From Raillietiella orientalis (lineage: Eukaryota), in contig JAYWIR010000037.1 in NCBI GenBank assembly GCA_036172245.1, positions 186,001-250,000 on the forward strand: DNA of 64,000 nucleotides, in the 5' to 3' direction. The notes below the pieces were generated by a model. It worked only from the letters and a program-made list of their open reading frames with translations, made no database searches and was not told the origin of the DNA. The translations under genes and the position numbers were made by a program. Positions 1 to 12,393 of this stretch are shown here, piece after piece. How positions within the stretch are numbered: the first letter of the stretch is position 1; every line of letters starts with the position of its first letter.

Positions 1-222
1 AGTGGTTTGGGGCTATGCTCAGTCAGATTAGAATTCTGGTTTAGATTAAGAGATAACGTAGAGTTCAGCACGTAGAAAGGTAGCCATTTTTAAAACTTGA
101 ATTTTCTTTATGAGTTTGAAATGTGATATTGCCCCTGAAGGAATGCAGATGGAACTTAAGTGGCTCCACGAAAACTTATTTCAAATGCATGTACTTCTAA
201 ATTAGGATTTCAAGATTTGAAA

Positions 223-1565
223 ATGGAAACGACAAAAGAAAACGAAGACTTCACCATTCTGAATTTAGTTGAGGACAAATACAATAATTATGACAAAGAG
301 GGTGCATACTCTCCTATATATAATGGTAATCAAGAACATGTATCAGAACACATGGTTTCCTGTGCCCATGTGACTGAGTTAGTCCATCAGGTTTGTTGCA
401 TTTGCCGTTTTGTACTCATGCAATTCAAATATGGCAAAATATCTGTCACTCAAAGAGTTTGTTCTGTTTCCATTAGTTGGAAAGAAATGTGACACGTAAT
501 GTCCTCAAGATGATTCATTCTGCCTTAGGAAGTTCTTTAAAGGGATTAAGCCACTCTAAGCATTCAAAAAGTCTAGATAAGAGGTACGTATTTGTCTTTC
601 TAGTACATCATTTGCTTACCTTGAGTTTTTTTTTTTTTTTAAAAAAATCATTAGAACAGATTTTCCATTGATGGCATCAAAAAAACATAAGAAACGCTTA
701 ATGAAGATGTTGCTGGCACAGAATGAGAGTCTAGAAAATGTGCACTTGACTGGTGCAAGACTCCTTGCCATGAAAATATCTGATTCCATCTCGAATTTAC
801 CAATGATGAACGCTTCTTTGGTTTTGAGTGATTCGAAGGATTTTTTAACCATGTTGCACCCAGGGGCATCTTTCCAATTTACGTGGAAGGTGCGAAATAC
901 TGGGAATATACCTTGGACTGCCCAGGTAAGTTGAAAGTGGAAGCAGATAATGGATTTTAGACCATTTGTTGAATAAGACTTATCTGATCTGCACAGACAG
1001 CAGTTATGAAAACTTAAAGCCCCACATGCAATGCGTTTGTTGTCCTTTATTGCTTCCTCGTGAAGAAGGGAATATATCTGTCAGTCTCCAGGTTATGAGT
1101 ATGTAGAGAGAAGCTTTTGTGGCCAGATGATTGCATTTAACATTTTAGGTACTGGGGACTGTTTGCAGTCACATTGGCGTTTCTACAAAGAAGGATGCTT
1201 CTTTGGGGATGAGCTCGTTTGCATGGTGGCGTCTAAAAGACTTACTACTTCTCCAAATCGTAGTAGCATAACAAAGGATCAAAGTGCAAACATAGCAACA
1301 GCACCACCTGCTTTTGGTAAGGTTTCTGTGACCCACGTTTTCTGAGTTTACAGGTTTCTCTTCAGCAGCAGTACAGAAAGAAAAGGAAGCAAACGAACAC
1401 AAATATATGGATAATCCCACTCTTTTAAAACAGGAAGTGCCCAACTTTTTCTCACAACTGCGAACGCTGACTGAAATGGGTTTCACAGATTTTGATCGCA
1501 CTGTGGATTGCCTTGTCAAGCATGGTGGGGACATCACCAAAGCAATGGAAGAGTTGATACTTTGA
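223..1565 (+). CDS. NBR1-like selective autophagy receptor (FW/Nbr1 domain + C-terminal UBA), ~348 aa; exons 223-390, 477-583, 655-925, 978-1098, 1149-1316, 1354-1565
   Basis: The six GT-AG-joined exons sum to 1047 nt in one open frame. FW-domain motifs: PGASFQFTWKVRNTGNIPW and SHWRF..GCFFGDEL. C-terminal UBA: LRTLTEMGFTDFDRTVDCLVKHGGDITKAMEELIL*. AATAAA at ~1613. The ATG at 223 is inferred; upstream coding exons outside the window cannot be excluded. Confidence 0.8.
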
Positions 1566-4500
1566 AGTTGATCAGAAATTCAGAAAATTGTGATTATTAA
1601 GTTAGGCATTTTAATAAAGCACATGCTGCATGTGGTCAAGTCTTGTTATTGCATCTTAGTAATTTGCTTTACTCTGATGATAATAAAGAGGAGTAGAGTT
1701 TCAGTTTAAAAGTTTGGAAAGTCTTTGCGGTTGGCACTTGTTTGAATAATCCGAAATGAATAAGAATCCGACTAGTTCTGGTATTGAATCAGGATGGAAG
1801 GAGAAATCCAGTAGAAATATTTTTTCTGCAGAATATTCTTCAGAGTGTAATTAGGTGTAACCATTAACTCATCAGTAAGTTTTCGAAAGCCAGCTGGGGA
1901 ATTTGGAAGCAACAGCATTTTGATTCCGAACGGAAACTGACTCTTTTTGGAATAATCGTTCCTGGTAACAGTGAATGGATTGCCCTCACAAAGGGATAGG
2001 AGTTTTCCACATTGGGTTTCTCAGCCTGCGATAGAACAGGCAACGTCTACTCTCAGAATCAGGAAGATTCTTTCTTCACTGTCTGCCATTCCTATATCAC
2101 CCTTGATTTCCTTGTCTACGCTTTTAGCTTCCTCTTTTGTTCCAGGGCACCAAAGCAAAAAATAGTTGCACTCAGCTTCGAATCGCATAAATCACGAACG
2201 AAACGGTTTGATTCAAAGTAAGCAATTTGATTCCTCTCAGTCATCCTCGCAGGCAATTCATGCGCGGTTGCTCCTCCGTCAAATTTTGCATACTGGGGAT
2301 TTTTGCTGAAAGTGCCAACGAATTTCCGCGTTGCTCTAACACTCGACCAGAATGTTAACCAACTCAAAGAATCCCGGGAAAACATTCGAGGAAATACACG
2401 TCTTCACAATAGCCATATGTGGGGTGTGCTAATGTTTGCGGTATGATGCTCAAGTGCTTAATTGCACGGAAGTGTGGTTTGTACTACTACCACTGAGAAA
2501 TCACTCCATCTACGGAAAACTGGTAATCTCCGTAGCTCCATGTCCAGGATCCACGTACTAAGCTGTTTGGGTCTTAATGAAACAATTCCGTCTGGAATGG
2601 ATAAATTGTCACGCACTGGTTCGAAGCAAATAGCTCATATCAAGGTTAAGAATCGAAACTTCCCTGGCAGCATTCATAGATACCAAGAACACCGTTCAAG
2701 CAATACCTGTGCTTTCCTATGGTGCTGCAACAGAAGAACTTGAGCGAAATTTCCCGAATGGATTTTTTCCATTCTCGAGGCATTGACCCCGTTCGACTTC
2801 TGATTTGTGATTCCCGAATGCTACCTGCGATATGGGGCTGACCTTGCGCTGATACTTACGTTTCTACCTGTTGGCAAGCACCTGTTTACCGCGTGGCTTG
2901 GTCAGCACCCTATTGCGCTCAGCAGACGAGATGGTGGTGCAAGTTCGTCTTCCACTTCCGAGTCAAGTGTTCAGCGTCACATATCAGGGTGAAGTCTTGA
3001 AACATGAGGCAACTTCTGGAATTTCCGAAATCACGCGCACCATAGACAGGAAAAGACTCTAGGAAGTGTTCTCCTCCCCTACTTACGCCAACCCCGTTGA
3101 GCATGGCGTGTATTCAAGGACTGGACTTCAGATCCGAATGGCTTGCCTACCACACGTCCCACTTCGTTCCGCGCGAGACGGAACGAAATGAGACATACAT
3201 CGCGTGTAACATGCCCTTGAGGCTTCACCTGGTTCAGGAATGGGAGTTCTGATCGACAGACGGAGCAGGCTCCCATGCGCATCGGTCGGCGCTTTGCCCT
3301 GCGGCCTCCCGGAAGCGAATCTTGCTACAGCTTAGTCTACTATGATGCCGGTAGCATCTCTTCGGGCAGACTCTCAGGCTAGTTGGTTCCCTGGTACCGA
3401 GAAAATGTGATCTTCAAAGGGTAAGATCGTGTCGTGATGAAGTTGCTAGTCCAGGAGGGCTAGGACTCCATCGACCCATTCCAGGTGGTCACAGCTCGTG
3501 GAAGACAGGCCTTCTTCAGTTTCCGCGAAGCTCGTAAAGACTCCCTTTCTCCTGTGGGTATGGAAGAAGGGATGCTGGATGAGCTTGCCTAGGATACCGG
3601 TAAAGGCGGGGTTTCGTACCTTGCAGCGAAGATTCTTTCCTGTGAGTCCTTGGCAAAGTGAAGGGAAGAGCCGTCGAACACTGAAGGTGGATCAGAATTC
3701 GCTTCAGTCGACAGATGACCCCCAGCTAAGGAAGGTTCTCGCGGAATATCACTAAGTTCTCTCCCTAACATGCCCGTGCTCGTGCTTACCAGAGGCAACA
3801 CTGCGTCATCTTTGCTCTTTCAGAGGTGCAGGAACCCTCGAGGTCGAAGAGTCGATTTGCTTGGTCTCCCTGTTGACGGAAAATTTGTCTTTTCCCTCCT
3901 TTGGCAGCCAGAGATTTCGGCGGTGTACGTCGAAAGAGTGCATGCGGTAAGAGACGGGCGGAGGCCAAGAGACGTGTCTTCATCCGACTCAGAGAAAAGG
4001 TCAGCAAGCATGAAAGGGTGAAGAGGGACGTTGGAGATGCATTATCCCGAGAGAAAGGATTGACTTCAGGTGCTGCACCTGGGAGCTCTGCGCCGCTGAT
4101 CGGTCATCAGCGTCTTCATTTTCTCACCATCGTCCCACCAGCTGCCCAAGGAAGGCGTTCCCAATGCTGTTTTTGCATCGGACACGATCCGCGCGCTCTC
4201 ATGGTCCAATGACGAAGGTCCGCAGAAGTGGCTCTGGCTTCGCGACTCTTCGTTGGCAACTGGGAAAACTCCATCACGATTGACAGCGTCCTCTCCTCGG
4301 TTGCTAGGTTTCTGCTCGTACCTTGCAGATGTGCTTTCCAGTGCTCTCGAAAAGGCATGCTTCTCTCTCGATCGCCACAATCCCAGGATGTCCACGGGAT
4401 AATATAACTGCCCTGATGGCACGGTGTACGCTAAGATCAGGTTGCCTAACAATGCAGTAGGCATGGATCATATCACGCATGGGGTGTGTCAGTTTCCTAG

Positions 4501-6441
4501 TTGCAGATCTCCCTACTTTGCTTAGTCTACTGCTTAGCCTGGAGAAGTTCAGGGAACGATGGAACGCAGACGATGGATGCAGTCGCTGCTGCCCTCTGCA
4601 CCGACCCGATCCTCAGGAAGACTATCCTTTGATCTAAGTATCTCGTATTTACCGCGAGAGATAGCCTACAGTCTACAAGAAATGAGATGGAGACCTGGAA
4701 TTCCTCACACGACAAGTGAGGTGACCTGACAGTCCGCTCCTCTGTGGATCAACGGGCTGTCCAGCATCTCTCTCGGGATAAGGCGCAGGCACCTCTTCTA
4801 AGGAACCTGCTCGAGTTGGAGTGGCTGTATGGAGGCGGTTCCCGCGAGCGTGGTAACGAGCGTCGCAGGTTCGAATCACACCCGGGGGGAAGGATTGGCC
4901 TGCGAACACAACCAGCGCCATCTTGCGGAGAGGGACTCCCTGCAAGATGACGCTGGTTGGCCTATAGGTTCCGTTGTCGCGGCGGCACTGGTTGATACCC
5001 GGTCACTCCGGGGCGTTTATTTACAAAAAAAAATAAACGACTGTGGCAGGACGTTTGATTCTGCCACATTGCTTATAACTACGAGAAGGAACCTGCCGGG
5101 AACCGGCACGCAGGCCAGCGGAGTTCGCCTCGAGGGGAAGGAAAGACAAACAAAAGGGGGGAAAAAAATAAACCAAAGCACATACGGTGAAGAAATGGGG
5201 GGTTCGGGAAGGGATCACTGTGTTCTGGAGAGTGTCCTCTGCATCCTTGTAAGGATGCCGGCAAGTTCCTGTTTCAATGTTCCCAGATGGAGTCATCGTG
5301 ACGCTGCCTTCATGAAGAGGACAGCAAAATAGATGTCGTCCCTGTCGTCCTGGCCTCCTCTGGCGTTGTTCCATGGAGCCACGATCCCGCCGCTTAGGCA
5401 GCTAAACTGCTGCTAGGGATGAGGCCTGCCGGCGTGGGGATGTCGCGCAGGAAGAGGCGCTTTACAACGTTTCTGGCGCTGCCGCCGGGGGGTTCCCAGG
5501 GTCGCGGCAAAGCGTCCCCGAAGGGTCCGGGGAGCAGCGCAGTCCACTAGGAGGTGCGGGAGGGATTACCGCACCCCGCACCTTGCACAGTTCGGGACCA
5601 CCCCCTTTCCCCTTGTCCACTGATGATTGCGGCACTGGTAGAAGCCGGCTGCCTCCCGTTGGCTGGCCTCCGGGATTGGAAGTTGACCCTGCCGGGTCCC
5701 TCTAGGAATCAAGGAGTCGGTTCTCTTCAAGGTTCCTCTCCGGTTGTGAAAATGGAGTTGTCACTCTTGAGGGATTGATCCTCGCGTGTCATAAAGCTGG
5801 TGGGTTGATACTTCTCCAGAATGTGAAGACGTGCGCTCCTCCTTTCGGGAAAGCGCCCTTCAGAGGATAAAAAAAGGAGCTCATCCTTTCCAGGGGGTCC
5901 CTCCGGAGAAGCAACTGCCCTGGTCTTCAGAGACGGACAGACATTGGATATTCTCAGGGGTGTCGAGGTCCTGGGATTGCATCCTGCTGAATCGCTCTAT
6001 CCTTGCCCCTGTGTCGCCCCTCTGGCGTTCTTCCTCGCACTGAAGCATTTTCGCTTCGAAAGGATGATTTCATTTCCCTCTGGCGTCGCATTACATGGAT
6101 TCCTGGATCGCAGAGGCGGGATGTCGCGGGAATCACCGCAGGGGGTGACGAAATCCCCCAGCGGTGACTCTCCCTCCAAGATGCAACGCGGAGGTGAGGA
6201 CCCTCGCCTCCTCGATACTGCGGGATCGTCTCCTAGTTGGCCATCTTTCGCTACTCTACAGTGGCAATGCCCCCTCTCCGCCAGAAGAGGGGTGCCACCT
6301 CTGTCACGACCTGACCCTTCGAGGAGAGGTGTGCTGTAGTCGGGGTCTGCCACGTAAAGCAGAGCCGTCGTGGACGGACTCCGGGATCGAGGCTGTTCCG
6401 CTCCGAAAGCTAGTCCTCGGAAGTCATTCGCCGCGCGAGGC

Positions 6442-6489
6442 AGGTCCGCCGTTTCCCTCACAGGAAGCTGTGAGGGAAACGGCGGACCT
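6442..6489. repeat. Perfect 22-bp inverted repeat with a 4-nt loop
   Basis: aggtccgccgtttccctcacag-gaag-ctgtgagggaaacggcggacct. Confidence 0.9.
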
Positions 6490-8699
6490 CAGGGTCCTCC
6501 TCCCCCGGGAGCGGGACCTCAGGGTCCTTCCCTTCCTCCACCCTTGATCTAGTGAAGTCCGCAAGGAAGACGTCCCGCGCGTTCAGCAACATCTCCTCGG
6601 AAGATGCTCCTCTCCCTCCCCTTCCTCATGGGGCCTCCTTTCATCCATCCATCTTCCGGAGGCGATCCGTCCCTCCCTCCCATCTTTCCCTTTCCCCTAC
6701 AGCGGGACAGGGAAACGACCGACGGGTCTCGCTCGGAGGCCTCTCCGCGAACTTCTCGGGTCAGTTCATCTCTTCCTGTTTGGCAGCACCGGAGGGAAGC
6801 TGGGGGTTTAGCAGGTTATGGGACTCTCCCCGCTGCCCCCGCTCCACTTTCCCTGACCAGAGGCGCCTCGTCTCGTCGGCGGCAACAGGACCGCGGGAGA
6901 GGAGGAGGCGTGACGACACAGGACGGATGCCGACAGGGACACAAAAGGAAAAGAAGGAGAAGGGGGGGAGGGGCTGACGTCGTGGATTGCCCGTCCCTCA
7001 CGCACGCCGAAGGGAGCGATTGCCTAGCCCTCGCGCGTGCCAACAGTACGCTGCAGAATTCCCTGTGGGGAGTGAATCTGGCCGTCAATCCGTTGGGCGG
7101 TTGAGGAAGAGGGGAAGGGGGAGAGATAGGTATTCCTCCCCCTTCCCCCTTCCAGGGCGCAGGTAGACCCACACGCACCTCAGTAGGAGAAGCCTTCACG
7201 TTTCGAGCGCACGCGCGAACGGTATGAGGATCCTGTTTTATCTTTTGGAACGTCCTTCGAAGCTTCGAGAGTCGTCACGAAGGCGTGCGACGCGTGGACT
7301 CCCTCCCCCCGCCCCCTACTCCTCCCCCCTCTGCGCTGAGGCGGCCCACGCGCGACGTCGCGACCTCCCTGGAGGGGAAAGAGGGAGGAAAGGAACCGAA
7401 AGTGTCGTGCTCCGCCAACTTTCTCCCACTGTGGGGACGCTGATAGGTCCAGGAGGAGGATACAAGGGATCTCCTGCAGGTGGAGCGTCGCATCCGCACT
7501 CCTGGTTGTCCCTGGCGACGGAGGGAAAACGAACCTGAGGAGGGAAGATTTCTCGCCCCTTCCCCCACTCCCTTCCTCTACTGCTGCGCGACGGTGGAGA
7601 AGAAATGAAAACGTCCAGCTAGAGATAAACAAGTCCAACCCTCACCCACCCCTCATCCCGAGCCGCCTTGAAGGAGGGGAGAATGCACCATTCAATTCCT
7701 GTTTGCTGTAGAGGTCGACTAGCCGGTGTGGCTTAGGATGAACCTGGGAAGAGCGCCCCCTCGGGGGGAAGACACCCTGGAACCTGGGAGAGGGCAAGCC
7801 CAAAGGGGAGGGAGCATAGGGAGGAGGGCGAGAAAGGCGCGAGCTTCCAGAGGGCGAAGTCCTCACGCGGCTTTAAGACTCTCCTTGCCCACCTTCCTTC
7901 CTTCCCCGAAAAGGCGACTGCGTCCGCTCCCGGGGAAGGGGGGGGGAGTAGGGTGCGTGCTCTCATGTTCAGTCATGTGCCCCTCCCCCTCCCTCCCTCT
8001 TCCTCCACCAGATTCCGCCCCGACCAGACAGACCCATGGGACGCGGTCGCCAAAGAGACGTCGAGGCGGGGTTACCAGCGGTTCCCGGAGAATGGAGGCG
8101 GGGGAAGAGCGGAACGAAACCGGGCGGCGTTGCTAGGAAACCGTGCGGTCGATGTGGGCCGCGAGGAACGGAGGGAAGGAAGGGGCCCTCGTAGCAAGGG
8201 GAGGGGGAGTCCGGCCTCCGTCGCGGCACCGAGTCTCCGCGGCTTGCCGATCCCTTTTCTCTCCCGTTGTCAGAAGAGCGAAGGGAAAATGGAAGAGGAG
8301 GAGGAGGAGGGGATGTCCTCACCCGCGCGCGCCTCCCTCTTCCTTCTTTTCTTGCTCAGGAGAAGAAAAACATGGAGTCTCGAGGGGCTTCTCTCGAAGT
8401 GAGAGACGAGGGAAGGTCTCGAGATCGCAGCCTCCCTCCTTCTTCCCCCTCCTCCACGTCTTCAGGAAAGTTGTGGACGAGGGGGAGGAAGAGATCTTTC
8501 CCGAAGGTAGGACCGGAAGAAGGATCCGCTGCCCTTCCTAGACTGCCCCCGGTGGGGGGGGGGAAGAGGATTGTCCTCCCCTGTCCCTCCCCTCACTCCC
8601 TCTTCCCCAGCGGCCCTTCAGGAGGCATTCCCTCGCCGCGAACGCCCCGGGTGCGCGCGACGACTGCTCCCTCCTTTCCCCCTCCCTCTCTACCCCCAC

Positions 8700-8920
8700 C
8701 CCTTCCTGCCGCCGCCATCTAGGCGGGAGCCACAGAAGCGCGCCGCTATCGACCCGAAGGGACTCTTCCTGTACCGCCGCGGTACCCGCCGGGAACGGCG
8801 CCAGCCAATCCGCAGGTTCCCCACGGCCCGTCCCCGCGCGCGCGCCTCTTACTCTGCTAAATTTACCGCCAAGGTGACCCGGCTGGTTCCTCCCGCCCGC
8901 CCGCACGTCCCCGTCGAGTG
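8700..8920 (+). promoter_or_regulatory. Candidate distal promoter of the SLC4 gene
   Basis: YY1-like GCCGCCATCT (8711-8720) and CCAAT (8805-8809) lie upstream of a candidate first exon ending at the strong donor CG|GTGAGT (9264/9265). Confidence 0.3.
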
Positions 8921-9055
8921 AGTGCGGCCTCCTCGCCTTTCCCGCCGCGATCCGCGGATGCCACGCAGCTTCCCCGCGCGAGGAAGAGGCACGCGCGATC
9001 CCGTCTCGGAGATGCCGCAGCAGCCGTCGGACTGACCGCGAGCCCTCACCAGAAG

Positions 9056-9132
9056 GCAGCAGCAGCAGCAGCGGAGGAGGAGGCGGCGGCGGCGGCTCCA
9101 GCTAGGAGGAGGAGGAGGAGCATCAGCAGCAG
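9056..9132 (+). repeat. Compound trinucleotide repeat (CAG)n/(GGA)n/(GGC)n
   Basis: gcagcagcagcagcagcggaggaggaggcggcggcggcgg...aggaggaggaggaggagcatcagcagcagc. Confidence 0.85.
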
Positions 9133-9169
9133 CGGGGAGGAAGAGGAAAGACAGGGGGGAGGGACGAGC

Positions 9170-9264
9170 ATGGAGTCACGCCGACGAGCCCCCCAGGCCA
9201 CGTCCACGACCCCGCAGAAGCAGCAGCCAAAAATCGTCTTCTTCCCTTGACCCGACCCCCAGCG
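9170..9264 (+). other. Candidate SLC4 alternative first exon carrying a 26-codon ORF (MESRRRAPQATSTTPQKQQPKIVFFP*)
   Basis: Strong-context ATG (agcATGg) at 9170, TGA at 9248-9250, donor gtgagt at 9265. The phase matches the acceptor at 17451. Confidence 0.4.
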
Positions 9265-12200
9265 GTGAGTAGCAGCGGCAGCAGCAGCAGCAGACGCTCG
9301 AGGCGCACGCGCGGATGCTGAAGAGAATGAAGCGGTGGCGAAGGAGGAGGCGGGGAGGAAGAGGGGGGTGGGGAACAGGGACGCATCTCCTCCTCCCATC
9401 CGCTGGGGAGAGCGAAGGGGACAGGAAGAGGGAGGAACCTCTTCGATCACCTGCATGACCCCAGCTGCTGCAGCGTTCCAGCGGACGCTGCCTCCTTCTC
9501 CGCCCTCCATCGCCTCCCCTCGTGAGAAGGCAGTAGGAGGAGGACGGTGGATCCTGCATGGGTGTCTATCGGGAGAGGGAGGGGGGTGAAACCATGGCTA
9601 TGACTCCAGGAGACTCGAGGGGAAACCGTTCGCCGTAGGCGCAGGAGGTGAACCCGCGAACCCGAAGCGCGTTCCCCTTACTCCCCCCCCCCTATCCCTA
9701 CCGGACCCTCCCGAGGACGAGACTGGAAGGGGAAGCGACGCGCCAGCATCCCTAGGAACTCAGGACAGGGGCCGAAGAGCTGCCCGACAGCGGTTTCCTT
9801 TCGTCTTCCCTTGGAGCCTCTTCCCTGTAGAAGAAAGAAGGAGCGAACGAGTAGGCGCGGCGGGCTGGAGGACGTGCCTCCCTCCTTTCCCCCGGTTCCC
9901 TCTCTCGGCCGCTTCCCGACTTGCGCCCGGTCCACCGATGCCTCCTTCCTTCCTTCTACGGCGGGAATGCTGCCAGCCAGGCAGCGCCGGAGGACGGCGG
10001 TGGCGTTTCTAGCCGAATGGGCGTCGGCGCCTGACGCTAGAGGGAGGATGCAGCCGAACCAGAGCTCCTCCCCCACATCCCCCCCTTTCCTCCTGACCTC
10101 TTTCTCTCCTTCAGCAGCCTCGTTCCTTTCCGCCTCAGCCCAATTTCCTTCTCCCCCTCCTCCTCCGGAAGAGAGCGGGCAGGTGAGGCGGAGAGGCGAG
10201 AGCGGAACCGAAAGGAGGTTTCCGAAATCGTCGGGCGGCGGCGGCAGCACGTGACCCCTCCCGTCGCGGCGCGCGCGCGCAGACGGGGCGGCCTCGAAGG
10301 CCAGACGGAGTCGCCGTCGTCTGCGGGAGCCTCCGTTCCCGCCGCGCGCGCCGGGAAGGTGAGTGAGTGGGTTCCCCACCCTGACCTGCGCCGCGAGAGA
10401 GTCAAGCGCCGCCTCCTTCCTCGCGGTGCGGCGGCGGGCGGCAGGCTGTGGTCCGAGTCCTCGCGGGAGGAAGGAAGCGCTTCCGGAGAAACGGGGGAAG
10501 AGTGGTTTCCTCCCCCCACCCCCGTTCCCCTTTGCTGCTGCGGCGCCGCTCCGAAAGAAGGGTCCCCAGGGAAGCACCTCGGCAGAGGGTTCTTCCGTCG
10601 AGGGTTCTCCGCGCGCGCGCGAGCAGCATGAGCTGAGGAGAGCTCCCGCCAACTTCCTCCTCCCCTGTCGCTGCCTCTTCCTTCCGGACGATCCGACGGC
10701 GGGGGAGTGGGGAGCTACGCACTGCTCTCCCACCTCGCGCGCTCGTTTTCCCGGCTTTGCTGCCGGGACATCGCAGCCGACACGAGACAGTTCGCTTCCC
10801 CCCGTTGCCGCCGCCGCCGCCGCTGCACTGCGCATGCGCTTCCTCGGGCTCGTGCGCGCGCGCGCGCGATCCTCCTTGCACTCGGGCTGTTCTCGACGGG
10901 GCGCTGGGAAGGCGGACCCACAAGGAATTAAAAAAAAAAAATAACAAATGGAAAAAAAAGGGGGGGAGAAAGGAAAAAAAAGAAATAGGAAAAAAAGAGG
11001 AAAGAAAGAGAGGAGGAGGAAGGCATGCGAGAAACCGCCGCTGCCGCCGCCGCCGCCGCCGCTTGCCTCGCCGCGCCGCGCCGGCGGCCCGTAGAGTGCA
11101 CCATGCTCCGCCGCCCGAAGGTGGCTGCTCTCCCGGGCTCCGGGGAGGCCGAGCCCATGCTGTTTCATCCCGGGGTGCCGACCCCGCCACCCGGCACGTA
11201 TGTACGCGCTTTCGCTTGTCTTTTGTTTTTGCCCCCCTTTATTCTCCCTCTCCCATCCGACACCCAACAGGAGGGAGGAGGAAAGGACACGCGCTCGAGA
11301 GAGAATTGAGGAGGGTAGCCCCGAACTATTTTCCTCGCCCTCCCCACGGAGGGGACTTCGCTTTTCCTCCTCTCGTCTCTTCCCGTCCGGTGGTGCAGAG
11401 TTTCCACGGCCCCTGCCTGGGAGGCTTCGTGCACGGCGGGCACTACTTGGCGAAGGTGCAGGAGGGGAAGTGCATGCGGCGAGAGAGAGGAGGAGGAGAC
11501 CACCCTTTCCCCTTCCCCGGGTCCTTGCATCCAGCGCATCGTTCCCCCGACGCTTCCCATCCATCCGGAGAGATCGGCTTTCGGGATAAGTCCGCCCCTG
11601 CGCCTTGCCGGGAAAGGAGCCTTTTCTCGCTCCCGGGAGCGTTCCGGTCCTGTGGGCACCCCTCAACACTCTGCACCTTCCCTACGATCCCACTCGCCTC
11701 CAGAGACCATATCCCACAAGCTTTCCCTGGAACTGGTCTGGGATCCTCGGACTCGCCGAGCTCACTCCCGCTGTCTTCCCCACAGGGACGTTCCCGGAGG
11801 GTCTCGCACTTCCTGTCGCGCCAACTTCCGGAAAGCTCTGAGGTCCGCTCCACCGCTCCCTGAGGAATCGGGGGAGGAGGGGTGCGGTCCACCAGAGGAT
11901 ACTGCTGGACGTCTCCAGGATGGACAGAGAAGGTTCTCCCCACCCCTCCGAGGGGTGGAGAGTCTTTCCTGACCGAGTGAGCAGCCCTTCCTTCAGATCT
12001 CCCGATCGGGACTCGGGTTGGGTTTCCCGGTCAACGCGTCCTCCTCATGGGGCCCTTCCTTCCCGGGACGAGCTCAGGGAACCCTTAGCGAATGGCCGCA
12101 AACGCCGCCCATTCCCAGGGTGCCCTCCGTAGCGAAGGGAGATCGTCCCTCGGATCGTGCGTGGGGAGGGGAAGGGGGGAGGTGCCTCCTCTACCCCTTG

Positions 12201-12393
12201 GAATGTCCCCCGCGCCGCCTGTGAGCAGGTGGTGGTGGTGGGTGTCCCGCCTCATCCCCCGGAACGGCGAGATGCTCGGCATTCCGAAGACGCGCGATCC
12301 GGGCTACTGAACCGCACCGCAGCTTCCGCCCCCCTTCGCGGCCCGGAGGTATCCTCCTCCATCACCCACTCCGTCCCTCCTCCCCTTCCACAG

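Noticed and set aside
4815..4890. tRNA-like A box (TGGCTGTATGG) and B box (GGTTCGAATC) at tRNA-like spacing
   Set aside because: The T-stem, acceptor stem and anticodon arm do not pair. At most a decayed SINE head or a chance match.
9678..11669. 663-aa minus-strand ORF, the longest in the track
   Set aside because: It lies in a GC island where stops are rare in all frames. Composition is low-complexity R/G/P/A/S, it runs through homopolymer tracts, and it has no domain motif.
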